DNA of 63,540 nt, the filler included, from Licmophora abbreviata (Eukaryota), in assembly GCA_900291995.1 (NCBI GenBank). It is 24 parts of 24 records of this genome, joined end to end, with 100 filler letters (N's around TTAATTAATTAA, not from the genome) between each part and the next. Parts side by side here need not be neighbours in the genome. Positions count along the whole stretch, not along the records: positions 18,752 to 22,235 come from OLMU01005992.1; positions 22,336 to 27,244 come from OLMU01005996.1; positions 27,345 to 36,816 come from OLMU01005997.1; 21 more parts are not named here. One strand, 5' to 3'. The translations under genes were made by a program, and so were the position numbers. The notes beneath the pieces were generated by a model, which was given only the letters and a program-made list of their open reading frames with translations, searched no databases and had not been told where the DNA came from. Below, one piece after another: positions 18,836-31,315 of this stretch (within the stretch, counting starts at the first letter, position 1; every line of letters begins with the position of its first letter).

Positions 18836-19768
18836 ATGATGCTATCTGTTTGGACTCTGCTCCTTCTCAATACTGCTGTCAGTACTGCCTTCGTGGCTCC
18901 TTCTCCCTCCTTATGCGGCGGGACAAGAGCATCACGTAGCACAACGCGCCTGCTTTCGACCCAACAAGATGCCATTCATGCCAAATTGGAGGATGTTGCC
19001 CACAAGCTCAAGCTCCAAATCTACGACACTACCACGGGGGTCTATGGCTTTGAGTCGAAAGATCATGACTGCGGCATTGAAACACTGCGTGCCGACATTC
19101 ATATCGCACCCTCTCTGGGCTTGGAACTCACGGAACTAGCTCATTCGGACTCTGGAGACGATCGAGGATTGGTCTTGGTGAGTGCGGTGAGTGGACATGC
19201 TGCCGAAGAATCCAACATTATGGTCGGTGACACCATTATTGGAGTTTTCAGTGAACCTGATTTCAAGGAGACGACAACGGCATACGCGTACGACGAGACG
19301 ATGGATGTGATTGCCCGCGCCAAGCAACATGCAATAGATCATGATCACTCCAAGATATCCCTGGAGATGAATCGACTTGTATCCCGCAGTACCGTCACGG
19401 TGATTGTCGAAGATGGAAAGGAGGGAAGCGAGGAAATTGAGGCTCTTGCCGGTGACAATGTGCGCTCGCTCTTGTTGCATCATCATTTGAAACTCTACGA
19501 CGACAGGACACCCCGCCTCGATCAACCGCATCTGTGTACGAACTGCGGCGGAGAAGGCATTTGCGGTACGTGCTTGGTGGCAGTACGGGAGGGCATGTCC
19601 AGTCTCAACACTCCGCCGCCCCAAGAGGAAAGTATAATGAAGCATCATCCTCGTACATGGCGTGCCGCATGCAAGACCATCGTCGGCGCCGACAATAAAG
19701 AGTCGACGATTCGGATTCGTCTACGTCCTCAAACGTACGAAGCTGAAGATCTTCATCTGAGTCCTTAG
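18836..19768 (+). CDS. Plastid-targeted 2Fe-2S ferredoxin-domain protein with PDZ-like middle domain
   Basis: STA-FVAP presequence; LGLEL...GLVLVSAVSGHAA....IMVGDTIIGV (PDZ-like); NCGGEGICGTCLV...WRAAC (fer2). Confidence 0.85.
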   Translation: MMLSVWTLLLLNTAVSTAFVAPSPSLCGGTRASRSTTRLLSTQQDAIHAKLEDVAHKLKLQIYDTTTGVYGFESKDHDCGIETLRADIHIAPSLGLELTELAHSDSGDDRGLVLVSAVSGHAAEESNIMVGDTIIGVFSEPDFKETTTAYAYDETMDVIARAKQHAIDHDHSKISLEMNRLVSRSTVTVIVEDGKEGSEEIEALAGDNVRSLLLHHHLKLYDDRTPRLDQPHLCTNCGGEGICGTCLVAVREGMSSLNTPPPQEESIMKHHPRTWRAACKTIVGADNKESTIRIRLRPQTYEAEDLHLSP

Positions 19769-20067
19769 AAGTTAGAAGGAGACAGGAATCACATTCATCT
19801 TCAGACTGACTTGTGTTTGCTGTTGTGAAGAGGTGGGCGACACAAGGACGGAACTCTCGATAGTCGTACTCTCTAGTGGAACGACGACAACGAGCGCGAC
19901 ACTCATATGATGAGCATTTTACAGATGCATCAGATACATTTTCGGTTAGCTATAAAACTAAGCCTAGGCCACTGAACTGATACTTTGTTACTGTAGTTAC
20001 TAGCGATGACGATTGAACGCGGCAATAACAAAGCCAGATAGTAATTGGAATGTCGAGTGCTTGCACC

Positions 20068-20112
20068 TCAGTACCTACTTTCTCGACTCTTTTTTTTCTT
20101 CCTAAATTTGGT

Positions 20113-20146
<34 letters not shown>

Positions 20147-20761
20147 CTCTCCAAGTCATATTCAATTTCGGGGTTATCCTTCCTGTACTGTTGTTGAAAC
20201 TGAACGTACTTGAGCACCTGTGCAATGGTTTGCTTCTTTTTGCTCATGCGGTGATCCAGTACCTTGCGCTTGCGTTTCATCCAGGGCTTTTCGTAGCGTG
20301 TGTGTTTTACAGTTTGTTCTAATAAAGAAGTATGAAGAGAGAGAGAGAGAGAGAAGGATGGTAAGTGAAAACGAGACGAATGAATGACACGAAACCGTAG
20401 AGTAGTGAAAAGTCCCACCGGAAGGCAGCAAGCACGTCGACCATCCGTGCGTCAGTCATCACACGCACAGCCAGAGGAGATAATCTGTTTTGCTTTCCTC
20501 ATTCCATTTTTCCAATCGATTTCCATCCAGATTTCACTCACGCCTCCTACTGGGATCTTCCAGAAGCCGATTCATGGTGAGAGTGGCACTCTCGCGTTCC
20601 CATTTTTTGGTTTCAGGATTGTACTTTTTTCGAACCGATTCGGACCAGTAGTAGGAAGCGCTCCAGCACGGCTGCTGCTGCTGCAATGGACGAACTACTG
20701 ATTTCACGGTAGTAGTAGTAGTACGAGCCGCAGTGCGTCGTAGGAACGACAAGGACCACAT
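20068..20761 (-). CDS. bS21-like ribosomal protein, probably mitochondrial (2 exons; intron about 20319-20541)
   Basis: Arg/Thr/Ser-rich transit-like N-terminus; KHTRYEKPWMKRKRK resembles the S21 YEKP motif; GTGAGT donor and pyrimidine tract-AG acceptor are phase-compatible. Confidence 0.6.
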
Positions 20762-20994
20762 GGCGAACAGATCGACGTTTGCAACCTTCTTGTCGTCGTT
20801 GCAGTTGTGTGTGTGTGCAGCCAACACCAAGGCACGCAAGAGCAAGTTAGTGTTAGAAGTTCGCGACCCGGAAGTCAGACAGACGGTGCGAGCACCGATG
20901 CTATTTTGAATTTGTTGCTACACACCTATCCGCGCTGTTCGCTTTAGGTCTATCATATTCAACCAAAAGCACACTCTACACTGCCTAGACTAAT

Positions 20995-21900
20995 TCATTT
21001 AACAAGGTAATCCCTTCGAGGCATTTCCAGTTCGATTTCCTTCGTCTGTCTCAAGAGAGGCTCCATGAGTTCCTTCTTGCCGTCTCCTCCTTTGTCTTTC
21101 ACCGGATCGATCATAGTATTACAAACAGGAACACCCACATGCACATGCATCGTCGTCTTCTTGGACACCTCACTACTCTTCTCATTCTCTTCCTTCTCCC
21201 ACTCTTCATCTTCCTCTGCATTCTTCATTGCCTCTTGCAGATTCCAGTCACTCAGTTCCAAATACGCCTTTCGTTCCACTGCACAGAGATGCGGAAACTG
21301 CGACAACATGACTTGCATCTTGTACTCGGGCGTGGACGTATCCTGTACTCGTATCATACTACTAGTAGTAGTGTTGGACAATGGAATGACAAGTGTACTG
21401 GGAGCCAAGTGCAAGTTGCTTCCAGAGAACTTGTTGACTTGACGCAGAGTCGTGGCGTTGGTCTTGTATCGTAAACACAAGCCGGGCAAAGTGTCGGAAG
21501 GTAGTACCGTGTGATGCAGATAGTCGACTCCCTCCACAGCAGCAGTGGGAGAAGATGGTGATGCAGTAGAAGTAGGAGTAGTACTAGTCGTAGAATCGCA
21601 AGGCTCCTCCTCCTTTTTCTTCTTCTTCATCATTTTGGGAACTGGCACCAAGGTCGGTACGACTCGTCCCGTGGTGGCATTCCAGGCCACTCCCACTTGG
21701 ACGGTATACTTTCGTTTCTCCGCATCGTCATTACCAGTCTTGACCAATTTCCATTCACTCCTTTTCTTTTTGTTTTCTTCTTTGCGCCACTCGAAGCCAC
21801 GGGGCGGTGCCGGAAGCGGTTCGCTCAATTTGGAATAGTCGCAAACTCGACTCGTGTCAATGTGCTGGACTTTCCAGGGAAGTTGACCTCCTTCGGCCAT
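20995..21900 (-). CDS. LysM-domain protein with UBA-like segment
   Basis: HTVLPSDTL.GLCLRYKT....LRQVN......L.....LVIP (LysM); ERKAYLELSDWNLQEAM (UBA-like). Confidence 0.85.
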   Translation of the reverse strand: MAEGGQLPWKVQHIDTSRVCDYSKLSEPLPAPPRGFEWRKEENKKKRSEWKLVKTGNDDAEKRKYTVQVGVAWNATTGRVVPTLVPVPKMMKKKKKEEEPCDSTTSTTPTSTASPSSPTAAVEGVDYLHHTVLPSDTLPGLCLRYKTNATTLRQVNKFSGSNLHLAPSTLVIPLSNTTTSSMIRVQDTSTPEYKMQVMLSQFPHLCAVERKAYLELSDWNLQEAMKNAEEDEEWEKEENEKSSEVSKKTTMHVHVGVPVCNTMIDPVKDKGGDGKKELMEPLLRQTKEIELEMPRRDYLVK

Positions 21901-22498
21901 GGTTCTTTTCTTTTTTTACAAAAATGGAGAGTGAGCTTCGATCAATAGCAACAGCAACAAGAACACTGTATCATAGGTCGAGAGATGTCCACCGGAGAAT
22001 GCTGGTGGATGATGTCTGTCGTGATCTTTGTGTCTTGCATCGTCATGCAATGTGCTGCGGAATGTTCGAATTCGATGTTCAATTCTTCCGAAGTTCGGTA
22101 CGAGCTCTATCAGAGCATTCTCATTCACGGTAGCTCGTCCAAAGATTGCTCTGCCCTTGCCTACACGTGTTGCTGTATCATACGTAGATCTCTGTACCAG
22201 CACTATTCTCTCTAGCGCATGGAAGAACAAGTAAANNNNNNNNNNNNNNNNNNNNNNNNNNNNNNNNNNNNNNNNNNNNTTAATTAATTAANNNNNNNNN
22301 NNNNNNNNNNNNNNNNNNNNNNNNNNNNNNNNNNNCTTGCAGTCTACGGGCAGGACTCGCTCATCTTTGGAAAAGAGAAACGACCAAGAAACAAGAAAAA
22401 CTAAAGAGATTAGCCTCGTACGAGTCTACAGGTTTCAAAAAGATATCAGGAGGTTCGATGGATTGTGATTGATTCCTCTCTTTCTTACTCATCGCACC

Positions 22499-25400
22499 AT
22501 GACTTCTTCTTCTTCTAATACTACTACTACTACTACTCACGACGATCCTCATCATCCCACCACTGCACTCCTCTCCTGCATATCCTGGCAGTCGCAAGGA
22601 CCACGAGTGGGAGACAAACTTGAGAATCGGAGTACTGGCACTCTGTATGCTGTTGTGGCCTACGCACCCTCGCAACCGTTGCTTCGTCTTCCAGAACTAT
22701 GGCGCGTCACCACTACTACGACCGGAAGTAACGATACTGCAGCACCCGACGAACAAACAACCATGATTTGGCTAGAAGAAGATTTTGGACACTTGGTGGA
22801 ACAGCATGATACTGCTGCTGCGACGAGTACTGTTGCTACTACACACTACGAACGCATACAAGAACGACTCGAGTACGAAGTGGAAACATCCATTCTACCC
22901 AAATTGCTGCTGGTGGCGGTTGTGGAAGAAGCACTGCATGAAAAGATACAGATGCAGCACACTGCCAAGACGAGACAGTCTTCTGCCACCGTGAGCAGCA
23001 CCAAGTCACCTACAAAACTATTCTACGAGCAACCCAAGTATTACAAGCACTCACCGTCGCACTACATGGAGGCACCCACGCTTCCACAACAGACCGCTGG
23101 TAGTAGTATCAACAATGAAGAAGAAGAATCTCCCTCGATCGCTTCTACTTCTCGCGGCTGCACTCCTTCTGCTTTGGCGCATCGTCTTCGAGCGGCGACG
23201 AAATTGGCCTACGATCATTTCCTTTCGCAGCAATACGTCCTTCAGTATCAACAACAGCACTTGTCTAGTACAGTCCGACGGTCGTCACGATTGCCTCCTC
23301 CGCCACCGCCCACTCCACCGCAAGTGTGGCAAAAGGGAGGACGAACGGCAATCTTCTTGTTGGAAGAAGAACAGGAGAGTGAAGAAGAGAAAGACGAGTT
23401 GCTTGAACAGACGACAAGCGCAGTAACTCAAAGCAAAAAGAAGAAGAAGAAAACTAAACAGAAGAAGCGATCGACCGAGACACATACAACGGCAGCCTCG
23501 GAAGAGCCGCTTCCGGACAAGCGCGAACGCAAACAGATTCAGCACCATGACAATCAAGAGGCCTTGGAAGAAGTACTGCAGGGTGACTCGGAGGACAGTG
23601 ATGATGACAAGTCGGAAGGAGACGAAGAGGAAGAGTTTGAGGTTGACGAAGAGGAGGAGGACGAATCAGACGAGGAGCTGCAAGTCGATACGCGTGTGGC
23701 GGAAGTACACGAGGACGACGAATCATCATCATCAGAGGAGGAGGAGTCATCCGAGGAAGAGTCAGATGCTGAAACGGTCGAGGACGAGTCGGAACTGATT
23801 CGCGACAATCCGTACCTGGAACCCACACAGGATGATATTCTCGAGTATCTTGGACGTCGTGGTAAGGCATGGTCCGCCGCTGACTTGCAGCACTCCATGA
23901 TTTTCTGTCTGGAACACAAGATTTCGTTTGAGCCGTCGCTGGCTCTAGATCACCTGGCGTTGGGGACTCGCAACCAAAAACAAGGAGAAGAGTCAATTCG
24001 CATTGTACTGGAATGCACATCCGGGGAGAAGCTTCGTGAGCTGAAAAAGTTGGACCCGGCGGAATTTGCGAGACGCAGATTCGTATGGAAAATTGCGAGT
24101 GATGACGAAGACGAGAAGAAGTCATCCAAGTTGAAGGAGGACAAAAAAGCTCTGAGGTTGCAACGCCAGGCGGAGCAACAAGAAGCGGAACTACAGTACA
24201 GGGAAGAAAGAGCTTGGGCGTTGTGGAGATACAAAGGAATCAACCTTGGACATGCGGTGTGGCCGCAATGGGAGGAGGCATGGCGCGCACGGCAAGAGCC
24301 TCGAAATGTGAGAGTGACCCCAGAACCAACTTCCACTGTTGCTGAGAATGTGTCAGAAGCGGAACCTGTTGAAACCGAAGAGACTGATCAAGCTCTGGCA
24401 GAGGCACTCGAATCTTCTGGTAGGCGAAGGACTCGTAGAGCTGGTGTATCCGCTGCTGAAGGCGGTAGTGTTTACTACGGCCAACAATCGACGATGACAT
24501 CGAAACAGCTGATGGATGCGATTCTGCGATTGGTGACACCGGGAAACTTCCAAACTCTGTGGTCACTACAGACTCTAGTTCAAGAGGAAAGCACGAATCC
24601 GCTCTATCGAGCCCGTGTTGCTGTTGGGAGACTGTTGTGGAAACGGAATCAATTGACGAAATGTAACATCAGCGCGCTTTGGACCGACTCTCGTCTTTGG
24701 AATGTGCTGAGAAACGGTTCTCTCTTGAAGCCGGCGACTGAACCCGAAGCGGTCTCAGACAAACCTGGGGATAGAGCAGACGAACCACCTGCAGGCGTCA
24801 ACATGGGAGAGAACGGATCGATGATTGTTCCAGCGCATGAGAACACGGGGACGAACGATTCGAAGCAGCTTGAAGTTCTGACTGCGTACATACGTGGCCT
24901 TCACGAGACGGAACTGCAGCTTCGCGGCATGATTCTTGAGCTTGTAACGTATACGCCCATTTCTGTGGTCGCAACCGCTGCAGATGAGCGATTGGGCTCA
25001 ATGGAAGCTTCAGACGCTGCAGATTTTCAAGATAACGTCGACTCTTTGCCATGGTCAACAATGGGTCATAAACTGCTGGGCAAGATGCTTTTCCGGCCTC
25101 CTCCTGGAGAAGAGACGCAACAAGGCGCTGAATGCCAGTGGTACAAAGTTCACGACTTTGTACAAGCGGTTGAACTTCAGCTGGAAGACGACGAGATGAC
25201 GGCTGAAATCGCAGCAAGGGGGCTTGCAGTACCTGAACCTCGAAATGTCGAACGCCGTGCTCGATTTCGAGTTTTCCCTCACAAAAATGAGGGAGAAGTT
25301 GTCGAAGGAGACTCGAAAACCCCAATTGTCTTGACAGAAGCGCAGGTTCATGCGGGAATAATAGCTGCTGATATGCAGCGGAAGGAATCCGTGCCCATCT

Positions 25401-27165
25401 TGAAGAATGTTCACCCCTTCAATGGAACCACATGTCAGAACGTCACTCTTCACGGCGTTGGAAGCAGTTCCGCTCTTCTGGGCAAGATTGTGGGACACGA
25501 CACTGTTGTGATGTCGGATGCCAGCGACGGGAGAAAGCTCGACCATCGCGTTCTGATTTTGCCTGACGCCTCTAGCGATGCAGAAGAAGCCGACGCTTTT
25601 TGGGCGTCCGTTCGATCAGAAGACGACAGCACGATTATCTGCCAGAGGATGAACGACGGAACGCTGTATACAGTCAGCAGTCGGACTTCCACTCGTCTTC
25701 TCCCGCCTTTCAGGCTTGTCGGAAGGTGGTGGAATTCCTGCGGCACCAGCCTCAGTCAAATGTATTCGCAGAGCCGGTGGATCCAGTCGCTTTGAACATT
25801 CCGATGTACTTCTCCGTCGTCAAAAAGCCCATGGATGTGTCCACTCTCTCGTCGCACTTAGAGAGTGGCAAATATTCACAGGTACCGCCGACTCAAAATC
25901 CTGGCCGCCACCCTGTATCTCGCATGTTGAACGGTCCGTTCAAGGATGACGTGATGCAAGTTTTTGACAACGCAATGCTCTTCAACCCTCCCGACGACTG
26001 GATTCATCTTGCAGCGGCCGCCACAAAGAAGAATGTGACCAAAAAGATCGATCAGATGTCTAAAGAAGCAGACCAGGGCCTGATTGGATCGCATTTCCTT
26101 CGGACAGTTCGAAAGAGCGTCTACGTGGACCCCGACAGCGACGTGGATATGGATGAAGACGAGAGCGACAGGAACGACGAGGACTATGACGCGAGAAATG
26201 GGCGTCAGAAGAGGAAGCGTAAGCGTCCCGGAGGCAGTAGAGAGGAGTTCTCAACCCGAGCTCTGGAGGCTCCCATTCGCTTGCAGCACGTGCTAAGCGA
26301 GTCGCAGGGATTGCGTGGCCCATTTGCCGATCTCAACGTTCGCTCCAATGCGTCAGAATTCTCCATGACTGACGAGTGGAACTGCCGCCACAAGGTCCCG
26401 GTTGTTGAAGCAGAGCCAGAGGAGGACATGGAAGAGAAGAGGGAACGAGAGGAGCTGGCGGAACTGCTTGCCCTTCAGCTTGAAGCCGAGGAGATGGAGC
26501 AAGCTGGACTGCGGCGATCTTCACGAGCACATACCGTGGAACAGACGTCAGATTTTGATCATGGCCAATCCAACCAGCCCACCAGCGATCTCGAATATTT
26601 TCTTCGCGGAGAAATTTGCCCACCCTTGGATGAGTACTATGCAAATGCCGAACGAACAGCTTCCGATCGGACAGAGGTAGAGGCTCACCGCGAGGCAATG
26701 CATGAGGAGTACTTCGCTGTTTTGCACCAACGACTTTTCAAACGCCTGCAGACCGATGAGATGGTCCCATACGGAATGCTCGCCAACAACTTGTTTCCTC
26801 CCTATCTTGGTCGGGTGATTCCTATGCCGGGTCGTGAAACGTCGAGTGCCGACGTTACTTGGGAAATTCGAGTGCCGTACGTTATTCCGGCCATACGCTG
26901 GGTTCTTCGGGGCCTTGTTAACTCGGGACACCTTGCCGAAGTAGAGCCGGGTGTAGTGATCGCAAACAACGTCTATCTTCTCAAAGAAGATGAACAGCCT
27001 TTCGATGTGTTGGACATGAGGGAAATGCAACGACGTAAGCGAGCAACGGCTGTAGAACAGGCTGAGAGCAGTGAAGAGGAGGTCGAGATGAGCGAGTACG
27101 AGAAATTGCGTGCGGAACGGGTCGCTCGCAACGCCGACCGGCTCAAGGCTCTTGGATTGACGTAG
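22499..27165 (+). CDS. Large bromodomain-containing protein; single frameshift near 25670
   Basis: ORFs 22469-25795 and 25600-27165 overlap; VFAEPVDP...IP.YF.VVKKPMD+ST...D+.QVFDNA.LFNP; C-terminal SEYEKLRAERVARN...LKALGL. Confidence 0.85.
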
Positions 27166-27754
27166 AAACTCATAATGGGATTCGTTATCATTGTTGGTTT
27201 CCTAACATCGCAGTTCGAGAGATCCTGAGCGCTGAAACTCTAGTNNNNNNNNNNNNNNNNNNNNNNNNNNNNNNNNNNNNNNNNNNNNTTAATTAATTAA
27301 NNNNNNNNNNNNNNNNNNNNNNNNNNNNNNNNNNNNNNNNNNNNGAGCGCTGAAACTCTAGCGCGGAGGCGGCATTAGGCTTGAATAGTGAGAGGAAAGT
27401 TACTGTAGAGTCTATGCTTTTAATGCTTATAAGTTGACTTCAGTTCTACTTTTAACTTTAGGCTTGCATTCATGACTCACTCGATTCGTGACTCGGCAAG
27501 ACCGAAAGGTCATTCCAAGAGACCCTCAATGACACTTTCTGCTGGTCAATGCCCGATGTACTGAAAGGAAACTCCGTTGGGCGTGTATGACAGATCAATA
27601 TTAAGGCTTTCATGACCCAGTCCCGCACAGAACTTCAACAGTTGTGTTCTACGACTATCATAAGTTTCGTTTAGTAGCTCCTCACAAAGTTGACGCAAAG
27701 CCCCCGTGTTTCGTTCGTCGCCATTAGTGCCCCCCTTTCGCGCCAGCATCAACA

Positions 27755-28975
27755 ATGCAGCCCTCTCAACGATTGAATGACTTCTCCTCAATGTTTGTGG
27801 TCGTGGACGACGGCAAGAACAAACCCGAACGACAAGAGGCGGAATCACCACGCATCATTCCAGACAAAGACACAATGCGCAACACTCGCAAGGTCAAGCT
27901 AAGCTCCTCTGACAGGACATCTAAGCAAACTGACGAGAATTGTTCCTTTAAGCCCATCGAAAAAGGCATTCCAGAAGTCCAGAAGTTACTGGACGACATC
28001 AACGACAACTTTGAGCTCCTCACACTCTTGACCGACGCCGACACCTACTCTTACTCGTCGTCAAATGCCGATCTCCTGGATAAATCACCCTTTTCTATTC
28101 CAAGCAAGGACAGCAATTCCATCCCATCCGCCGATAACTCACTGGTAGTTTCTGACGTCAACCGAAAACAGATCGAACCATTGGAGCATGATCCTCGCCC
28201 AAAACGCCGACCGTCGCTGGTGGAGCGCATGCTCGCGGAGGACTCTTCACTGTTGGAGGCTTTCCCAGTTTCAGGTTTGATTGAAGACTTTCCAGCTGAT
28301 CAGCATACAAAGGAAGACATCAAGCAATCTAGCCTCCGCAGTCTCCCCTACTTCAGTGCTTCGAATGCACAAAAGGACGAGGACAGTCTGCCGCGCAGCT
28401 TGCGCTCGGTCTTGGCAGATACATTCGCCGTTCGATCACCACCCACCCGCCGCGCAACCATCTCTCACGATGGTCCCGTCGTGTCGACATCATCCATTCC
28501 GACTCGCTCCTTGAAGGGGATCAAGAAGGTTCCTCGTCGCAATAGTAGCTATGTTTCCAAGCACGGACAGACGTCGAGTGGCTCGTTCCGCAAGAAGGAG
28601 AAAGAGAAGAAGGAGAAGAAGATGGACAAGACAAGCAAATCAACGTCCACTCCGCACTCGCCCCGTCGCGCGTCCGTCCCGAGCAATCCATCCAAGCTGC
28701 TGGCCAAGTCCAAGTCAATGAAACATTCCAAATCTACCCGCATCCCGCGACGCAAAAGCAGCAATGTACCGGCTCGCCAAAGCTCTTGGCACGGTAAGCA
28801 CAGTGAGGAGCAAGTGGAAATGATCGAGGCGTCGCTTCAGCATTTAGAGCAACTGCGTCTCGAATGGGAGCAGCAGAACGATGTTCGACAACGGCAACTT
28901 GCAGAAGCTGTGAACTGCTTGGAGAGTATTCGAGCGCAGCAACCGCAGCCGGAGGAAGCCAAGCAGGCCCGATAA
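27755..28975 (+). CDS. Hypothetical Ser/Lys-rich protein with C-terminal coiled coil
   Basis: 406-aa ORF; no family recognised. Confidence 0.65.
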   Translation: MQPSQRLNDFSSMFVVVDDGKNKPERQEAESPRIIPDKDTMRNTRKVKLSSSDRTSKQTDENCSFKPIEKGIPEVQKLLDDINDNFELLTLLTDADTYSYSSSNADLLDKSPFSIPSKDSNSIPSADNSLVVSDVNRKQIEPLEHDPRPKRRPSLVERMLAEDSSLLEAFPVSGLIEDFPADQHTKEDIKQSSLRSLPYFSASNAQKDEDSLPRSLRSVLADTFAVRSPPTRRATISHDGPVVSTSSIPTRSLKGIKKVPRRNSSYVSKHGQTSSGSFRKKEKEKKEKKMDKTSKSTSTPHSPRRASVPSNPSKLLAKSKSMKHSKSTRIPRRKSSNVPARQSSWHGKHSEEQVEMIEASLQHLEQLRLEWEQQNDVRQRQLAEAVNCLESIRAQQPQPEEAKQAR

Positions 28976-29157
28976 GCTTGTTCACGATGTGTCGTGACGG
29001 TTGTCATGTTTCTGATTTGATTTTGTTATACGTCCTTATGTTGTCATTTATAATACTTGAAGTAGTGTCACTAAGACAAAGAAGTTGTCCTCTTTCCTTT
29101 CCTCTTGTGCCTTCAAGGTACAACAACAAACAACACACACACTCACAAGCAATTTCC

Positions 29158-30790
29158 TTAGGATAGAAGCGAGTCCAAATTGTCCGAGACGTTGGCCAAT
29201 GGGTCGGCTTCCTTAGCACCGTTTGCTTCAGCTTCATCACCGTTCACACCCAAGTCATCCAGCGAGTCTCCCAGTCCCAAGACAATATCACGGGCCGCTT
29301 CCTCTCGCGCCTTACGCTCCTTCTCCATTTTTTCGTGATACATCTTGGCCGTCTCCTCGGCCTTTTCGAAAACGGCATCCGGGTCCTTCAACATGTCACC
29401 GGGTTCTGGCTCGAGCGTCTTGGTGGAGAGCGCAATTCTTCCATTGACCTTGTCATGATCAATAATCATACACTTGATCTGCATACCTGGTTGTAAGACC
29501 TTCTCCAGATCTTCAATACGATCGTAGGAGATTTGCGAAATGTGCAACAATCCCGACATGCCCCCGACTTCGACAAAGGCACCGTAGGGCTTGAGGGCCT
29601 TGACCATGCCCTGCACGATGTCACCGCGACTCAAGTCACTCATCTGCTGTTCCACAACGGCTCGTCGATGCGAGACGACCAACTTGTTGGCTTCCTGGTT
29701 GACTTCCAAGAACTTGAGCGGCAGCTTGGTTCCAATCAGATCTTCCGTGGGCAAGAATCCACTCAAATGCGAGCCCGGCAAGAAGGCACGGAGTCCATGG
29801 ACGAGACAAATAGCACCACCGCGATTGACCGCCACGACCGTGGCTTCGAGGACATCATCCGCCGCTTGCTGTTCCACGACCTTCTCCCAGGCCTGACGGT
29901 ACTGAATACGACGAATACTGACAAGGAGTTGTCCATTCTCATCTTCCTCCGAGATGATTTGAAAATCCAGCTCGGTTTCGAGCGGCACGAGCTCGTGCAG
30001 AGTCTGTCCCTCTCCCTTTTCCAGAGAGGCTTCCTGTTCGGGCAAGAATGCACTGGCCTTGGCACCAATGTCGACAATGCATCCATTGTGATCAATTTCG
30101 ACAATGGTTCCCTTGACGACATCGTTGCGGTTAAAGTCGTAGTTGGTGTCTGCCACGGCGGTGGCAAAATCTTCGTAACTAAAATCAACGACCGTGTCGT
30201 CCAATTCCACCTTGGGACCCTTGTAGGATTTCTTGAGACGATCGAAGCGAGTCAGTTGTGGAGCAGCAGCGACATTCAAAGAGCTGCAATGGAATGAAGT
30301 CAAGTGGAAGAGTTTGAATGTAAAGAGGTGAGCGAGGGCGAGAGAAAGGATGAAGACATCACGAAACAGGCCAAGACGAAGTGTCCGTTGATCCCCAGCA
30401 GCGAAAGTCTTGTGCTACCGGTCGATCGAGCGAGCGAGCGAGTTCTGTCAGAGTCAGACCACCCAAAGAGGAGTAGACTTGCGGCGAGGCACCAATAAGT
30501 AGCCTCTGGGAGCGACACATCATGACGATGATGATGATGATGGATGTGGCTTGACATGATCTCTAGAATGTAGACCACCCTATGATGGCAGGTCACCTGT
30601 TTGTTCTTTCTTTATGACCCCCACGAAACAGCCCTTGTTCACGTATCAACAAGACACACACATAGACTCACGTTCTACTACTACTACTAGTAGCAGTAGT
30701 ACTTCTAGTACTGACTCCACCCATCAGTTTGGGTGCAAAGGCCGTAGCCACAGAAACTCCTCCACACAAGGACAGCAGCGAGACCTTCAT
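29158..30790 (-). CDS. rps1: Plastid 30S ribosomal protein S1 (exon 1 30672-30790, intron 30284-30671, exon 2 29158-30283)
   Basis: Three S1 domains of cyanobacterial type; manually found exon 1 MKVSLLSLCGGVSVATA-FAP with a phase-matched GTGAGT/TGCAG intron. Confidence 0.93.
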
Positions 30791-31315
30791 TGCCTTTCGT
30801 ATAGTATAATAATAAGCAACCCAACAGGAATGTGTACACGCAGGACTTGTGTTTTTGTTGTTGTTGTTGTTGTTGTTGTTGTACTAGTACGTCAAACGCC
30901 ACTCTGTGTGGAGCGGGCGATGTCAAATCACCGCCACAGAACAAACACACGAGCGAACGTCGGCAGCTTTTTCATAATTTCGCGTGGCGGCGCGGAACGA
31001 CGCGTCGTAGTGCGTTCGTACGTACCCTGTGGTATCACTCTTACGTAGAGTATTTCTGTGGCTGACAACTGACTGATTGCGTACTACGGACAGACCTGAA
31101 GTGCGTCAGTGAGGAAGTAAGTGTGACTGGTTTTGAGCCAAGTCACGAACGGATGACACGTGAAAGGAAGTCATCTATCATGTTGAAACGGATACGAGTA
31201 GGAAAGGTAGATTTTGTTGTGTGATGGGGGAGGTGACAGATATCCCGCTGGAAGCTCAATCCGATCGATCCTACTTGTGTGTATTTTACACTACTAAAAA
31301 CGACCGTCGATCACC

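Noticed and set aside
25600..25795. Programmed ribosomal frameshift in the bromodomain gene
   Set aside because: No slippery heptamer is evident, and similar indels occur throughout the eukaryotic contigs.
30300..30596. His-rich 98-aa ORF as the rps1 N-terminus
   Set aside because: It lies inside the inferred intron; the exon at 30672-30790 gives a proper ATA-FAP presequence in matching phase.
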